Source of the DNA: an uncultured Verrucomicrobiae bacterium
GTDB lineage: Bacteria; Verrucomicrobiota; Verrucomicrobiia; Chthoniobacterales; UBA10450
Assembly (NCBI GenBank): GCA_963801815.1
Contig: CAWDGJ010000002.1
Span: forward strand, 224,001-288,000
Direction: 5' to 3'
DNA: 64,000 bases
Below the pieces are notes generated by a model, which saw nothing but the letters and a program-made list of their open reading frames with translations, was not told where the DNA came from and ran no database searches. The position numbers and the translations under genes were made by a program. This document shows positions 41,102-52,462 of the stretch, piece after piece; position 1 is the stretch's first letter; every line of letters begins with the position of its first letter.

Positions 41102-42037
41102 ATGGACGAGCGCGCGCGTCAACTCTCCCGGGGATACGGCGCGGTTTTCGCCACTATCGGAATCTGGTCCCTGCCATCGCTTTTCCAGTTCTATTTAAAT
41201 CGCTTCTACGATCCGTGGTCGCAAAATTTCTATCGCTACGCCGTTGCTTGTCTCGCAATCATTCCGTTTGTTCTGCTTCATTTTCGTCGCGGCCCTAAGA
41301 TCGACATCCGAGCGGTGGGCGCCTGCTTGATCCCGTGTCTGCCCAACGTCGTCCACCAAATCACGCAGGTCGTCGCCTTGTTTTATATGGGTCCGGGCGT
41401 TTACGCGATCTTCATTCGTTCTTCGGTAATCTTCACCGCCCTGCTCGCGCTCGCTTTTTTTCCGGAGGAACGGTCCGTGATTCGGCAGTGGCAGTTTCAA
41501 ATCGGCACGCTCCTCGGTCTAGTCGGGGCCTTCGGTGTAATTTGGTTCCAATCTAACGGGCAGGATCGACACATTGCCTTACCGGGATTGTTCATCGCGT
41601 TCACCGCTTCTCTTTGTTGGGCCCTCTACGCGTCTCTTATTAAACGTCCCTCCGCCCGCCTGGGCCCGATTCGAAGCTTCGGTATCGTCAGTATCATCAC
41701 GTCAGTCCTGTTGCTTCCGTTGACGTTCGCGTTTGGAAACATCGCCACTCCGCTTCATGTCACCGCGCACGTGAATTTGATTTTGATCATCTCCGCGATC
41801 ACCTGCATCACCCTGGCTCATGTTCTTTATTACGTCGCCATTCGCGAAATCGGCGTGGCGCTCGCGCAAAGCTTGCAGCTTCTCTGTCCGATCGGCGCGC
41901 TCGGCTTGTCCGCGCTGATTTTTCACGAGCGTCTGACCTTCCCGCAACTCATTAGCTCCGCCATCTTGCTGAGTGGTGCATTCCTCGCGATGCAAACCAA
42001 ACCCGTCGCTCTCACCGAAACCGCGGAGAATATCTAG
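41102..42037 (+). CDS. EamA/DMT family transporter
   Basis: Ten-TM pattern; LLALAFFPEER, YYVAIREIG, IFHERLT. Confidence 0.85.
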   Translation: MDERARQLSRGYGAVFATIGIWSLPSLFQFYLNRFYDPWSQNFYRYAVACLAIIPFVLLHFRRGPKIDIRAVGACLIPCLPNVVHQITQVVALFYMGPGVYAIFIRSSVIFTALLALAFFPEERSVIRQWQFQIGTLLGLVGAFGVIWFQSNGQDRHIALPGLFIAFTASLCWALYASLIKRPSARLGPIRSFGIVSIITSVLLLPLTFAFGNIATPLHVTAHVNLILIISAITCITLAHVLYYVAIREIGVALAQSLQLLCPIGALGLSALIFHERLTFPQLISSAILLSGAFLAMQTKPVALTETAENI

Positions 42038-42071
42038 CAGATCGTTGGTTTCACTCAGAGTGATTGCCTCT

Positions 42072-42140
42072 GATGCTGGATTCACGATACTGGATTCTCG
42101 ATCTGGCTTATCCAGCATCAAGGATCGAGGATCCAGTATC
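42072..42140. repeat. 7/14-nt-period hairpin (GATGCTG/CAGCATC type) directly upstream of ispA
   Basis: gatgctggattcacgatactggat ... atccagcatcaaggatcgaggatccagtatc. Confidence 0.65.
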
Positions 42141-43023
42141 GTGAATTTAAAAACCTATCTCAAATCCCGGCAGCAGATCGATCGATCGCGCGCTCGATCG
42201 TTATCTGCCAAAGGAGAACGTCCGGCCGGCGACGATTCACAAGGCGATGCGTTACAGTTTGTTCGCGGGCGGCAAGCGATTGCGGCCGGTCTTAACGCTA
42301 GCGGCCGCGGAAGCGTGCGGTGGCAGGATCGACCATGCGATGCCGCTCGCTTGCGCGATGGAATGCATCCACACCTACTCGTTAGTCCACGATGATCTCC
42401 CGAGCATGGACAATGATGATTTCCGCCGCGGCCGGCCGACCTGCCACAAAGTTTTTGGCGACGGCATCGCCGTGCTTGCCGGTGACGCGTTGCTCACGAT
42501 CGCTTTCGAAATTCTTTCGCGGGCAAGACCGGCCTCGCGTTACAACATGTCGATCTTGTTGCGCGAAATTGCCGTTGCGGCCGGCAGCCAGAAGCTGATC
42601 GCCGGACAGGTGGCCGACCTCGAAGCCGAAGGACAACAGATCGACATGGCCGGTCTGCGTTACATTCACGAACACAAAACGGCGGCAATTCTGACCACCT
42701 CAGTCCGGCTCGGCGCGATGAGCGCGAACGCGAACGCCAAACAGCTGAACGCGATCACCAAGTTCGGACGCGCGCTTGGCCTCGCCTTTCAGGTGATCGA
42801 CGATATTCTCGATGTCACGCAGACGAGCGAAAAGCTCGGTAAGAGCGCTGGCAAAGATGTCGCCGCGCAAAAAGCAACCTATCCGGCGATCATTGGGTTG
42901 GACAAGTCACGCGCGGAAGCGAAACGCCTGACCAAGCAAGCGCACGACGCGTTGAAGATTTTCGGAAAGAAAGGCGACGCGTTGCACGCCCTCGCGAATC
43001 ATCTCCTCGAGCGCGAATACTAA
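42141..43023 (+). CDS. ispA: Farnesyl/geranylgeranyl diphosphate synthase (frameshift near the 5' end)
   Basis: GGKRLRP, SLVHDDLPSMDNDDFRRG, FQVIDDILD, GKD; GTG start at 42141. Confidence 0.92.
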
Positions 43024-43072
43024 ACTCGCTTTCGTTCCCTTCGGTTCGGAGGTAGCAATCAGCCACCAGTAG

Positions 43073-44075
43073 TTAGGCAAGCGCGAGATTGGGATCGATC
43101 TCTTCGGTCACGCTTGAGCTGACCCCGTTTTGCAATTTCAGAATCGCTGCAAACGCGATCATGGCGGCGTTATCGGTGCACAACCAAGGCTCTGCCATTT
43201 TCAATTCGAAGCCGTGACGTTTGCAGGCGTCGCTCATTTGTCTGCGCAGTTCCCTGTTGCAACTCACGCCTCCGCTGATCGTAACAAGATCGACACCGTG
43301 GTTCCTGGCAGCGTCGATAGTTTTGCGGACAAGAACATCGACAATTGCTGCTTGAACCGAGGCGCAGACGTCCGCCAGACAATCGCCCTGCAATTTCGGC
43401 AACAAATAGCGCACCGCCGTCTTCAAGCCGCTGAAGCTGAAATTTTCCGACTCGGGCATGCTACGCGGCAAATCGAAGCGACTCGGATCGCCGCGCGTTG
43501 CCAGTTTTTCGACCTCCGGTCCGCCGGGATAACCGAGTCCGAGAAGTTTTGCGATTTTGTCGAATGCTTCGCCGGCTGCGTCGTCCACGGTGCGCCCGAT
43601 AATTTGGTACTCCCCGATGCCGCGCACCAGGATCGACATCGTGTGACCGCCGCTGACGATGAGGGAAACATTGGGTTTGATTTTGGTGTCGCCAAAAAAC
43701 GGCGAAAGCAGATGACCTTCGAGGTGATTGATCGCGAGATACGGCTTTCCGAAACCGATCGCCAGACCTTTCGCGATTGACGCACCGATCATCAGCGAGC
43801 TCGCCAAGCCCGGTCCGCTGGTCGCAGCGAAGGCGTCGATTTGCGAGATATCGATCTTTGCCTCGCGCATCGCGCGCTCGAGCAGCTGCGGGCGCATGGA
43901 CCAGATGATTCCGCGACGCGACCTCCGGCACGACACCGCCGAATTTCTCATGCTCGGCAATTTGCGAAGCGACTTCGCTCGCAAGCAGGTCCGAGCGGCA
44001 CTGGTCTTTTCCACCGCGCAGAATGGCTACCGCAGTTTCGTCGCAGGAAGTCTCCAGAGCCAGGATCGTTTTCAC
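43073..44075 (-). CDS. tsaD: tRNA N6-adenosine threonylcarbamoyltransferase (frameshift near 43895)
   Basis: [49 protein letters not shown]. Confidence 0.96.
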
Positions 44076-44078
44076 AAG

Positions 44079-44138
44079 TGGAGGAACGCGCTCGTCGCGT
44101 CCATTGATTAAAAGGACGGCACGAAGGCCGTCCCTCCA
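44079..44138. repeat. GGAG/GTAG-type REP doublet
   Basis: TGGAGG...CCTCCA termini with internal hairpins (GGACGGC-acgaag-GCCGTCC). Confidence 0.55.
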
Positions 44139-44140
44139 AG

Positions 44141-45445
44141 TTACTTCTTGATCGCTTCGCCCTTGGGCGCGTTTTCCTGTGCGTAAATCATCACGCCCTT
44201 GAGCGCATCGATTGCCCGCAACATCTGCGGATCATTCGCCTTGATGAAATTCTTGTCTTCGTCCGGCTTGAGGGTGTCGCCACTGCTACGCGCGGCGAAG
44301 AGCTGGCGTTCCTGTTCTCCGTTCATCGGTACGCGAATGTTCGGCATCACGCCGTTACCTTGAATCACCTGTTTGCCCGGCGTGTAATATTTGGCGGTCG
44401 TGAAACGCAAGGCCGAGCCGTCCGGCAATTGCATCACGTTTTGGACCGAGCCCTTCCCGAACGTCGTTTCGCCGACAACAATGGCGCGATGCAAATCCTT
44501 GAGCGCGCCGCAAACAATTTCGGCGCCACTGGCGCTGCCTTCGTTGACGAGCACCGCCATCGGAAAATGCGGCCGCTCTTTGGCCGCGCCGGACGTTGAA
44601 TATTCGCGCTGTTGCGAGGCGACTCGGCCCTGAGTGGAAACAACCTTCGTGTTCGGCGGCAAGGAATTGCGCGCAAACGTCCACCGCGCTGTTCAGCAAT
44701 CCGCCCGGATTATTTCGCAGATCGAGAACGAGCGCCTGCATTCCCTGCTTTTGCAATTCATCCAGCGTCTTCGACAACTCTCCGGCCGTCGGCTCGTTGA
44801 ATTGAATCAGGCGCACATAAGCGATCTTGAATGGTCCGGTCAGGTCCGGATCGAGCAATCGCGCGCCCTTGACGCTCTGCACTTTGATCTCCGCCCGCTC
44901 CAGCGAGTAATCCTTCACTTCCTTGGTCGATGGCCGAATTAACGTCAGCGTGATCTTCTGCCCGGGCGCACCGCGCAGAAGGTTGATCGACATCCTGCAA
45001 ATCCATTCTGTCGGTCGACGTCGCCGTTGATTTTCAAAATCTGATCGCCGGAGAGAATGCCAGCCTTGGCGGCGGGCGTGTCTTCCATCGGCGTGACCAC
45101 GGTTGGCAGACCGTTCTTGATCGCGACTTCGATGCCGAGACCGTTGAAACGGCTGCGCGTGTCGTCCTGCATGTCGCGAAAATCATTCGGATCCATGAAC
45201 TGGCTGTGAGGATCAAGCGAAGAGAGCATTCCCTTCATCGCTGCCGTGACCAGATCGTGATAACTGGTCTTGTTTCCGTCGACATAATCCTGGCGAATCA
45301 GCTGGAGCGCCTTCGCGAACATGGCGATTTGCGAATAACCGGTATCGTCGTCCTCATTCGCCGCGCCCAGGCTGCGAAATCCAATCCCGAAAAGCACGGC
45401 AACGACGATTAGCCCGCCTGTCCCGAAAAGAATGCGTCGCTTCAT
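44141..45445 (-). CDS. C-terminal processing protease, S41 family (two frameshifts)
   Basis: [44 protein letters not shown]. Confidence 0.92.
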
Positions 45446-45529
45446 GTCCGTCCGAACCTTCAATTGGCGACCTTCGCTCATTCCAAAATTTTTGGCAACG
45501 GCCAAAGCGTCGTCTAAAGTTGCGCCGCT

Positions 45530-47326
45530 GTGACAATCCCTTGGCTGAGAAAGTCCCTCCTCTGCACATTGGCCGCGGCGGCGATCTCCTTGTCGGTCGT
45601 AAACGTTTTCGCCCTCCAAACTCCGGACGCGGAGTATGAGGCGATCGCGGAGGAATTCATCAAAGGCTACTTCACCGCGCGCCCGCTGCTCGGCACCTCC
45701 ATGGGCCTGCACGAGTACGACGGAAAAATCACCGATTACAGCCGGCTCGCCCTCGACGCCGAACTCTCCCGGTTAAAACGGTTCGAAGATCGGCTTGAGA
45801 AGTTCGACCTTGATAAATTGAGCCAGCGCCAGTCGATCGACCTCCGGATCCTGCAGGCCGGCATTCGCAGGGAAATCTTTCGACACGAAGCGATGGCGAT
45901 CTACGAGCGGAACCCGATCGTGTACGCGCGCGCGGCCGACGTAAACGTTTACGTCAAACGCAACTTCTCGCCGCTGGACGACCGCGTCCGCAGCATTATT
46001 GCGATCGAATCGCAGGTCCCGAACATCATCATCGCCGCCAAGACGAATCTCGACCTGGCTTTGCCGAAACCGTACGTCGAGCTCGCGATACAGATTGCGA
46101 AAAGTTCGGCGGATTTTCTACGGAAGGATCTGGTCGAAGCGATCGCCGACCTGAAGGATGAACGGCTCCGTTCAGATTTTCTCGAGTCCGAACCGAAAAG
46201 CGGCCGGCGCCCTCGTCGACTACGCCGGTTGGCTCGAACGTGAGCGATTACCCAAAGCGACCGCAGATTTCGCGATTGGCGAACAAAAGTTCCAACGGAT
46301 GCTGCGCGACACTGAATTTGTCGACCTTCCACCGGAGAAAGTTCTCGAGATTGGAATGGCGCAGTTACAGAAGGAGCAAAAAGCGTTCACTGACGCCGCC
46401 CAACAGATCGACTCGTCGAAGATGCCCGCGGAGATTTTCAAACAAATTCAGGTGGAACATCCCACACCGGATAGTCTCCTCGCGGACATCAACAAAGATC
46501 TCGAATCAATCCGCAAATTCGTCGTCACGCGAAAATTGGTCACGATTCCATCTGAAGTGCGTGCGCGGGTGAGAGAGACGCCGCTTTATCAGCGCGCTAC
46601 TTCCTTCGCATCGATGGACACGCCCGGCGCGTTCGAAAAGCGCGCGACCGAGGCCTACTATTATGTCACGCCGCCGGAGGACGACTGGCCCCCGTTGCAA
46701 AAAGAGGAATGGCTTACCTCATTCAATTTTTACACCGCCGACATCGTTTCCGTTCATGAAGTTTATCCCGGTCATTACGTCCAGTTCCTCCGCCTGAACG
46801 CTTCCCCGGCGACTAAAGTGGAAAAGATTTTCGGCAGTTACGCCTTCATCGAAGGCTGGGCCCATTACTGCGAGCAGTTAATGATCGACGAAGGCTACGG
46901 AACGGTCGCCAATCCCAACGCAGAACGATATCAAACGGGCGGCGAAATATCGAATGGCCCAGGCCGACGAAGCGATGCTGCGACTCTGCCGGCTCTGCGT
47001 CGCGATCAAAATGCACACTCAAAACATGACCGTCGATGAGGCGACGAAGTTTTTTCAGGACAACTGTTATTACGAAGAAAAACCGGCTCACGCCGAAGCG
47101 ATGCGCGGCACTTTCGATCCCGGTTATTTGAATTACACCCTCGGCAAATTGGAGATTCTGAAATTGCGAGACGATTACAAAGCGCAGGAAGGCGTCGAAT
47201 TTCTCCATCCAAAAATTTCACAACGAACTTTTGAACCACGGCATGCCGCCGATTCGATTGCTCCGAGAGATCATGCTCAAGGACAAATCGAAATGGGACG
47301 ACGTGCTTGTAGCGCTCTTACTCTAA
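45530..47326 (+). CDS. DUF885 family protein (several frameshifts)
   Basis: HEVYPGH, FIEGWAHYCE, YTLGKLEI; signal peptide; end approximate. Confidence 0.88.
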
Positions 47327-48240
47327 TCCAAGCCCGGGAACGAAGGCGACGGCGGAAGATCTGATTTCGGCGGCTCTTCGATCTGCGCAAGCTTGTCATC
47401 GAGTTTGCTCATTCTCTTGTCCGTTTCCGTGAAACTTCCACTCGCGTTCGAGAGATGACGACCGAGGATCCGAAAATTGTCCTGGATTTTCGCGAGAATC
47501 GCCGCGCAGTCGCGATAGCTCGCCGAGAATTTCCTGGGCGCGCTTCTCAACCTTCATGCCGCGCAGTCCAAGCAAAATCGTTTGAACGTAAGCGTAGAAG
47601 CTGATCGGCGAAACTGGAATCACGCGCTTGGCCAGCGCGTAACTAAACAGTTGCCGATCTTCGCCAGAATCTTCCTTAATGATTGTCTCGTAATAAACGT
47701 TCTCGGCTGGCACGTACATCAGCGCGAAATCGTGGTCCTTCTCCGGCGAAATGTATTTGCTCGCAATCGCATCGACGTGCTTCTTCAGTCGCGCAAGAAT
47801 TGTTTTCGCGCGTCGACTAGCTCGGACTCGCTCGCCGCTTCTACCACGCGTTTAAAATTCTCGTAAGGAAACTTCGCATCCGCCGCGTACCAACCGCGGC
47901 CCGATGCGAATAACCGCGTCGACCGCCTCACCGCTCTTGAAGCGGTGCGGCATCATGTAATGCTCGCGCGGCAAGATCTGAGCGAGCAAATCACCCAGGA
48001 AAAGTTCGCCCATGCCGCCGTGAAGTTTGGGCGCGCGCATGATGTGAACGAGTTCCTGGGCCGCGCGTCCGACTTCGTGGATCTGGCCGACCTTTTCCCG
48101 CAAATCGCCCACGACTTCAGCAGCTTTGTCGAGCCGTGTGTTCATGGAAGCGGTTGGTTGCTGAAGATTTTAGACTCGACCGTCTGGCCGAACGAGTCTA
48201 GTTCTCTGCTGAAGAGCATTGAGTTGTTGCAGTGAGCAGA
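47323..48240 (-). CDS. rmuC: DNA recombination protein RmuC family (multiple frameshifts, 5' end unclear)
   Basis: PKLHGGMGE, VDAVIR, DAKFP, MYVPAENVYYE, VIPVSP across successive frames. Confidence 0.8.
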
Positions 48241-48440
48241 CATCGAACGCACCCTCGGATTCCAGACTAGGTTGCGGCGCTGCTTCTCGTCACGCGAGCG
48301 AACGTCGAGCACTCTAGCATTTCGCATCGGAACGATTAAACGTGACGCCCGACTAAACCGCTTCCTCGCGGCGCAACCGTTCAGTCGCGCGCGAACTCGC
48401 TCCATTCCGCGACTTCTCTCTGGAATGACAAGTGATGGAA

Positions 48441-50344
48441 TCAAAATCGCAACTTCATTCCGCCGTAATACGCCGTGCCGAGTGCAGGAAAACCGAAAAC
48501 TTCCGAGTAATGCTCACCAGTCAGATTGTCGACCCGGCCGAAAATGACATGTGCGGAGTGATCTCGTATTCCGCCGCGAGATTGAGGAAATTGTAATCTT
48601 CTATGTCGAAATTCGGCCCACCGAAGTTCAGTTCCTCCCGCGCGTTTACCCACTTCGCCTCGATGGTTGTGCGCAGTTTCTTGCCCCAGAGATAAGAACC
48701 CGACACATAGATCTCATTTCGGGGCCTTCGCGGCAGTCGCGAGCCTTGTGGTTGTGAAATGTCCGCGTTGTCGGTTTTTTCGGCTTCGAGATACGTGTAG
48801 CTCGCTGTCAGAACCAGATCGGTAATCGGAGTCGCGCGCAGTTCAGTCTCGACCCCCTGAGTCTCCGCAGCGCCGAGATTCAAGGTCTCAAAAAGGCCGT
48901 TGAATCCAATCACGTTGGACAAATCGTTGTGAAAATAGGTCGCGCCGATCGTTATACGCCTGTCCCACAATCGTTGCTCGAAACCGGCATCCCATCCGAA
49001 GTCCTTTTCGGGTTGCAACGGTGGCAGTGGTTGCGACGGATTCGGGTTGAATCGAAAAATCTTATCCTGACTGCTCGGCGGACTGAATCCCGTCGCGACA
49101 CTCGCGTGTAATGTGGTGTCAGTCTTGTCGATCTTATAACTACTTGCGACGCGATACGTCCAAACATCTCCGAAATCGTTAAAGCTATCGATGCGTCCTC
49201 CTGCGACCAAAATCAGGTTCTCGATGTTTGCAGTCGCTTCAACAAAACCGGCGATCTCGGTCGTGAAGTCGCTGATGAAGATTGGTTGCGGACCGAACAG
49301 TTGAGAAATAAAGGGCCGCTCTTGACCTGAATCGACGCGGTCATAAAAGAATCCGTTCGCCAGCGTGAACCACGATGCTGCGTGCAGCACATTTTGGTAA
49401 TCGATCGTGGTTCGCTGGAACAGAGCGCGCGTCGGCCCTACAAATCCGTCCTGATTTGGATTGTTGACCTGCCGCTCGTTGTCGTGGTCGATGATTAATC
49501 GATGCTGCCACCAATCGGTGACCTGAAGATCGAGATGCGGCGCGATAAACCATTTCTCGGTTAAGAAATGATCTACCGGCCGGAAGGCGAAGATGCTGTT
49601 CGGGTTACCTGTTTCACTCTCGGAGTAGGCGAACAATGCACCAATCCGTGCGTGGTCGCCCGGCGACCAGCCAACATCCGCAATCGCAGAAGTGTTTCGA
49701 TAAGCGTTATTTGGCCGTGCATTGTCCGTGTCGAGCCGGCTCGCGCCTAACGAATAATCGAAGTCGCCAATTTTGCCGTCGCTGCTGAGCGTTTCCCGAA
49801 AAGTGTCGAAGGTGCCTCCTTCCTCGGTTAAAGTGATTCCAGGCGGACCGCTTCCCTGCTTGGTAAAAATTTGAACCACGCCGGCCAGCGCACGGGGTCC
49901 GTAAATCGTGCTCTGCGGCCCGCGCGCAATCTCAATTCGATCAATATTGTCCGTCGTCAGATTCGCAAAATCGAATTGGCCAGCGAGCCCCTGATTGATC
50001 GGGATGCCGTCTAGTAGGACCTGCATATCCTGACTCGGCAGGCCCCGCATGAAAACCGAAGTCAGCTGGCCGGGCGTACCGGTTTGAACAACATTCAAGC
50101 CCGGCACTTCGCGCAGCGCGTCAGCAAGCCGCTCGATCTGTTTATTGTCGATATCTTGCGAATCGATGACGCTGACGCTGGCGGGCGATTGGTCGAGCGG
50201 AATCTCAAAACGCGTGGCCGAGACAACCACGGGCTCGGCCTCCGGCAATTGATCGCCATTCGGCGAGACAGGTTCCTCCGCGCGGCTCGGTATTGCCACG
50301 CTTATCAAACTGAAAAAGACAAAACATAATGGGCGAATTCGCAT
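48441..50344 (-). CDS. btuB: TonB-dependent receptor, BtuB-like cobalamin transporter (frameshift near 48535)
   Basis: VVVSATR, plug domain IDRIEIARGPQSTIYG, C-terminal GGMKLRF; preceded by a cobalamin riboswitch. Confidence 0.88.
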
Positions 50345-50345
50345 A

Positions 50346-50381
50346 ACAAGTTTTCTCCAACTCGAGAGTCGGACTTGTTCG
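50346..50381 (-). promoter_or_regulatory. Ribosome-binding-site sequestering hairpin of the btuB leader
   Basis: AACAAGT-CCGACTC-tc-GAGTTGG-agaaa-ACTTGTT-ATG pairs over the GGAG site directly before the start. Confidence 0.65.
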
Positions 50382-50423
50382 CCGCGGTCCCGCGATGGAT
50401 GGGGTCGGAGCGTATCGCCCAGC

Positions 50424-50838
50424 TCTCATTCTTCTTTTTGCGAAGAAGTTTTTTCGCTTGCGCCCTGCAGAAATTTCGGCGGTCACAGACCGCCGCTACA
50501 GAACACGCCGGCGAATGAGATGGACTCGGTCGAATATTCTGGCTCCTGGCGTTTGAAGACTAGTTGATAGTTTATAGTTGGTTGTTGATAGACCCAGCCT
50601 TGGACTATCAACTCTCAACCATCATCTAATGACTAATCTTCCCCTTCTTCCCGCCTTCACCATGTCTTCTGTGGCGGCAGCCGTCTCGGCTGCACAACCA
50701 CTCGATTGCAGGCGAGACGCCTGCCTCCACATGATTGGCCGTGGGAAGTCGTATCCAGTTACAGCAGCGCAACTGCTCCCGGTTTTCACGGGATTTCTCG
50801 CGCCGATCCACTTTTTCAAGCTCGCAAAGAACTGGTCC
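50424..50838 (-). ncRNA. Cobalamin riboswitch (variant, with inserted repeats)
   Basis: GAGAAA-UCCC-GUGAAAACC-GGGA, CAG-UUGCG-CUG-CUGUAA, GCCAAUC...GUGAAGGC, AGCCAGAAUA; downstream hairpin loop CGCAA is complementary to UUGCG; upstream of a TonB-dependent receptor. Confidence 0.82.
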
Positions 50839-50894
50839 CAGAACTACCCGCTTGCGATTCGCGGCTCAAGATTTATTTATCTCGCAACTCACTC

Positions 50895-51836
50895 GTGACC
50901 TCATCCACTCCCAACCTTCTCGTAACCGGCGGGGCCGGCTTCATCGGCTCCAACCTGACCCTCGCGCTCCAGGAAAAATTCCCGGACACCCGATTGACGG
51001 TCGTTGATGATTTCCGTTCCGGCGACTTCAAGAATCTGCGCGGTTATCGCGGCGATTTCGTCGCGCAAAATCTGGCGGAGCTTGATTGGCGGGAACAATT
51101 CGGCGACGAAAAGTTTGACGCGATTTTTCATCTGGCATCGATCACTGATACGACGTTGCACGACCAGTTCGTTCAGGTGCACGACAACGTCGAAAGTTTT
51201 CGCCGGCTTTTGAATTTCGCGCGGCCGAACAAGACGCGAATCATTTTCGCGTCTTCGGCGTCGACCTACGGCGCGGCCAAAACGGCAAGCGTAGAAACAA
51301 ACGGCGCCGCGCCGTCCAATGTTTACGCGTTCTCGAAAGCGATCATGGACAACCTGGCGATGCGCGAGGCGAAAGAAAACCCGACGTGGATTATCATCGG
51401 TTTGCGCTACTTCAACGTCTACGGTCCGCGCGAAGCACACAAAGGCGTGCCTGCAAGCATGGTTTATCATCTCGCACAGCAAATGAAAGCCGGCCAGCGG
51501 CCGCGCATTTTCAAACATGGCGATCAGAAGCGCGACTTCGTTTACGTGAAAGACATCGTGGAAGGCAGCATCCTTGCGCTCGAAGCGAAGCAGAGTGGAA
51601 TTTATAATCTCGGCTCAGGCCAGGCGCGATCGTTCAACGAGCTGGTCGACGTGCTGAACAAATGTCTTGGAACGAAATTCCAGCCCGATTACATCGACAA
51701 TCCGCACGCGCATTATCAAAATTTTACCGAAGCTGATCTCGAAAAAGTCCGCGGCGCTCTCGGTTATCAGCCCCAATTCTCGCTCGAGCGCGGCGTGGCC
51801 GATTACTTGGAGTGGCTCTATCCAGCCGGGAAATAA
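50895..51836 (+). CDS. rfaD: ADP-L-glycero-D-manno-heptose 6-epimerase
   Basis: VTGGAGFIGSN, ASSASTYG, YAFSK, LRYFNVYGPREAHKG, YQNFTEAD. Confidence 0.92.
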   Translation: MTSSTPNLLVTGGAGFIGSNLTLALQEKFPDTRLTVVDDFRSGDFKNLRGYRGDFVAQNLAELDWREQFGDEKFDAIFHLASITDTTLHDQFVQVHDNVESFRRLLNFARPNKTRIIFASSASTYGAAKTASVETNGAAPSNVYAFSKAIMDNLAMREAKENPTWIIIGLRYFNVYGPREAHKGVPASMVYHLAQQMKAGQRPRIFKHGDQKRDFVYVKDIVEGSILALEAKQSGIYNLGSGQARSFNELVDVLNKCLGTKFQPDYIDNPHAHYQNFTEADLEKVRGALGYQPQFSLERGVADYLEWLYPAGK

Positions 51837-51847
51837 CTTGCTGCGCG

Positions 51848-51955
51848 GTCATCCCGAACAACGTGAGGGATCTCACACGCGAAGCTTGGATCATACAAGT
51901 CAGATAGCGTAATCAACGAGCTATTGAGCGATTCCTCGCTTGCGCTCGGAATGAT
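51848..51955. repeat. GTCAT...ATGAY-ended palindromic repeat element
   Basis: GTCATCCCGA..GAGGGATCTC ... GATTCCTCGCTTGCGCTCGGAATGAT between convergent genes; a half copy lies at 48400-48430. Confidence 0.6.
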
Positions 51956-51978
51956 AAAACGGCAGCCCGCCCAGGACC

Positions 51979-52389
51979 TCACCCTTCCCAGAAGAATTTC
52001 GTCGGACGCTTGATTTCCGGCGGCAGACTCTTGTGCACCGGACAATTGAGAGCCGTTTGCTCGAGCACTTCGCGGTGTGGCGAATCTGGCGGAAGCGGAA
52101 TGTGAACCTCACTCGGCAACGCCACGATCCGGCGCGGCGCGTCGGATGACATTTCCTTCTCCACCGAGACTTTCATTCCTCGAAGATCGACCCCGAGCGA
52201 CTCGGCCTTGATTCCCATCGTCGTGCTGATGCAAGTGCCGAGTGCAGTCGCGACGAGGTCGGTCGGCGAAAACGCTTCGCCTTTGCCCTTGTTATCGGTC
52301 GGCGCATCCGTCGCGATCGTCGACTTCGACGGTCCGTGCGTCGCGTCGCAATGCAGGTTGCCAGTGTACTCGACGTCTACTTTAACCAT
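51979..52389 (-). CDS. OsmC family protein
   Basis: TDAPTDNKGKGEAFSPTDLVATALGTC ... CPVHKSL. Confidence 0.93.
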   Translation of the reverse strand: MVKVDVEYTGNLHCDATHGPSKSTIATDAPTDNKGKGEAFSPTDLVATALGTCISTTMGIKAESLGVDLRGMKVSVEKEMSSDAPRRIVALPSEVHIPLPPDSPHREVLEQTALNCPVHKSLPPEIKRPTKFFWEG

Positions 52390-52398
52390 AAGATTCTC

Positions 52399-52462
52399 GC
52401 CACAGGTTAGCACAGATTTTCACAGATTTTAAATCCGTGGTTCATCTGTGCGCATCTGTGGC
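52399..52462. repeat. About 10-nt-period hairpin (CACAGAT/ATCTGTG)
   Basis: gccacaggttagcacagattttcacagattt-aaatccgtggttcatctgtgcgcatctgtggc. Confidence 0.7.
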
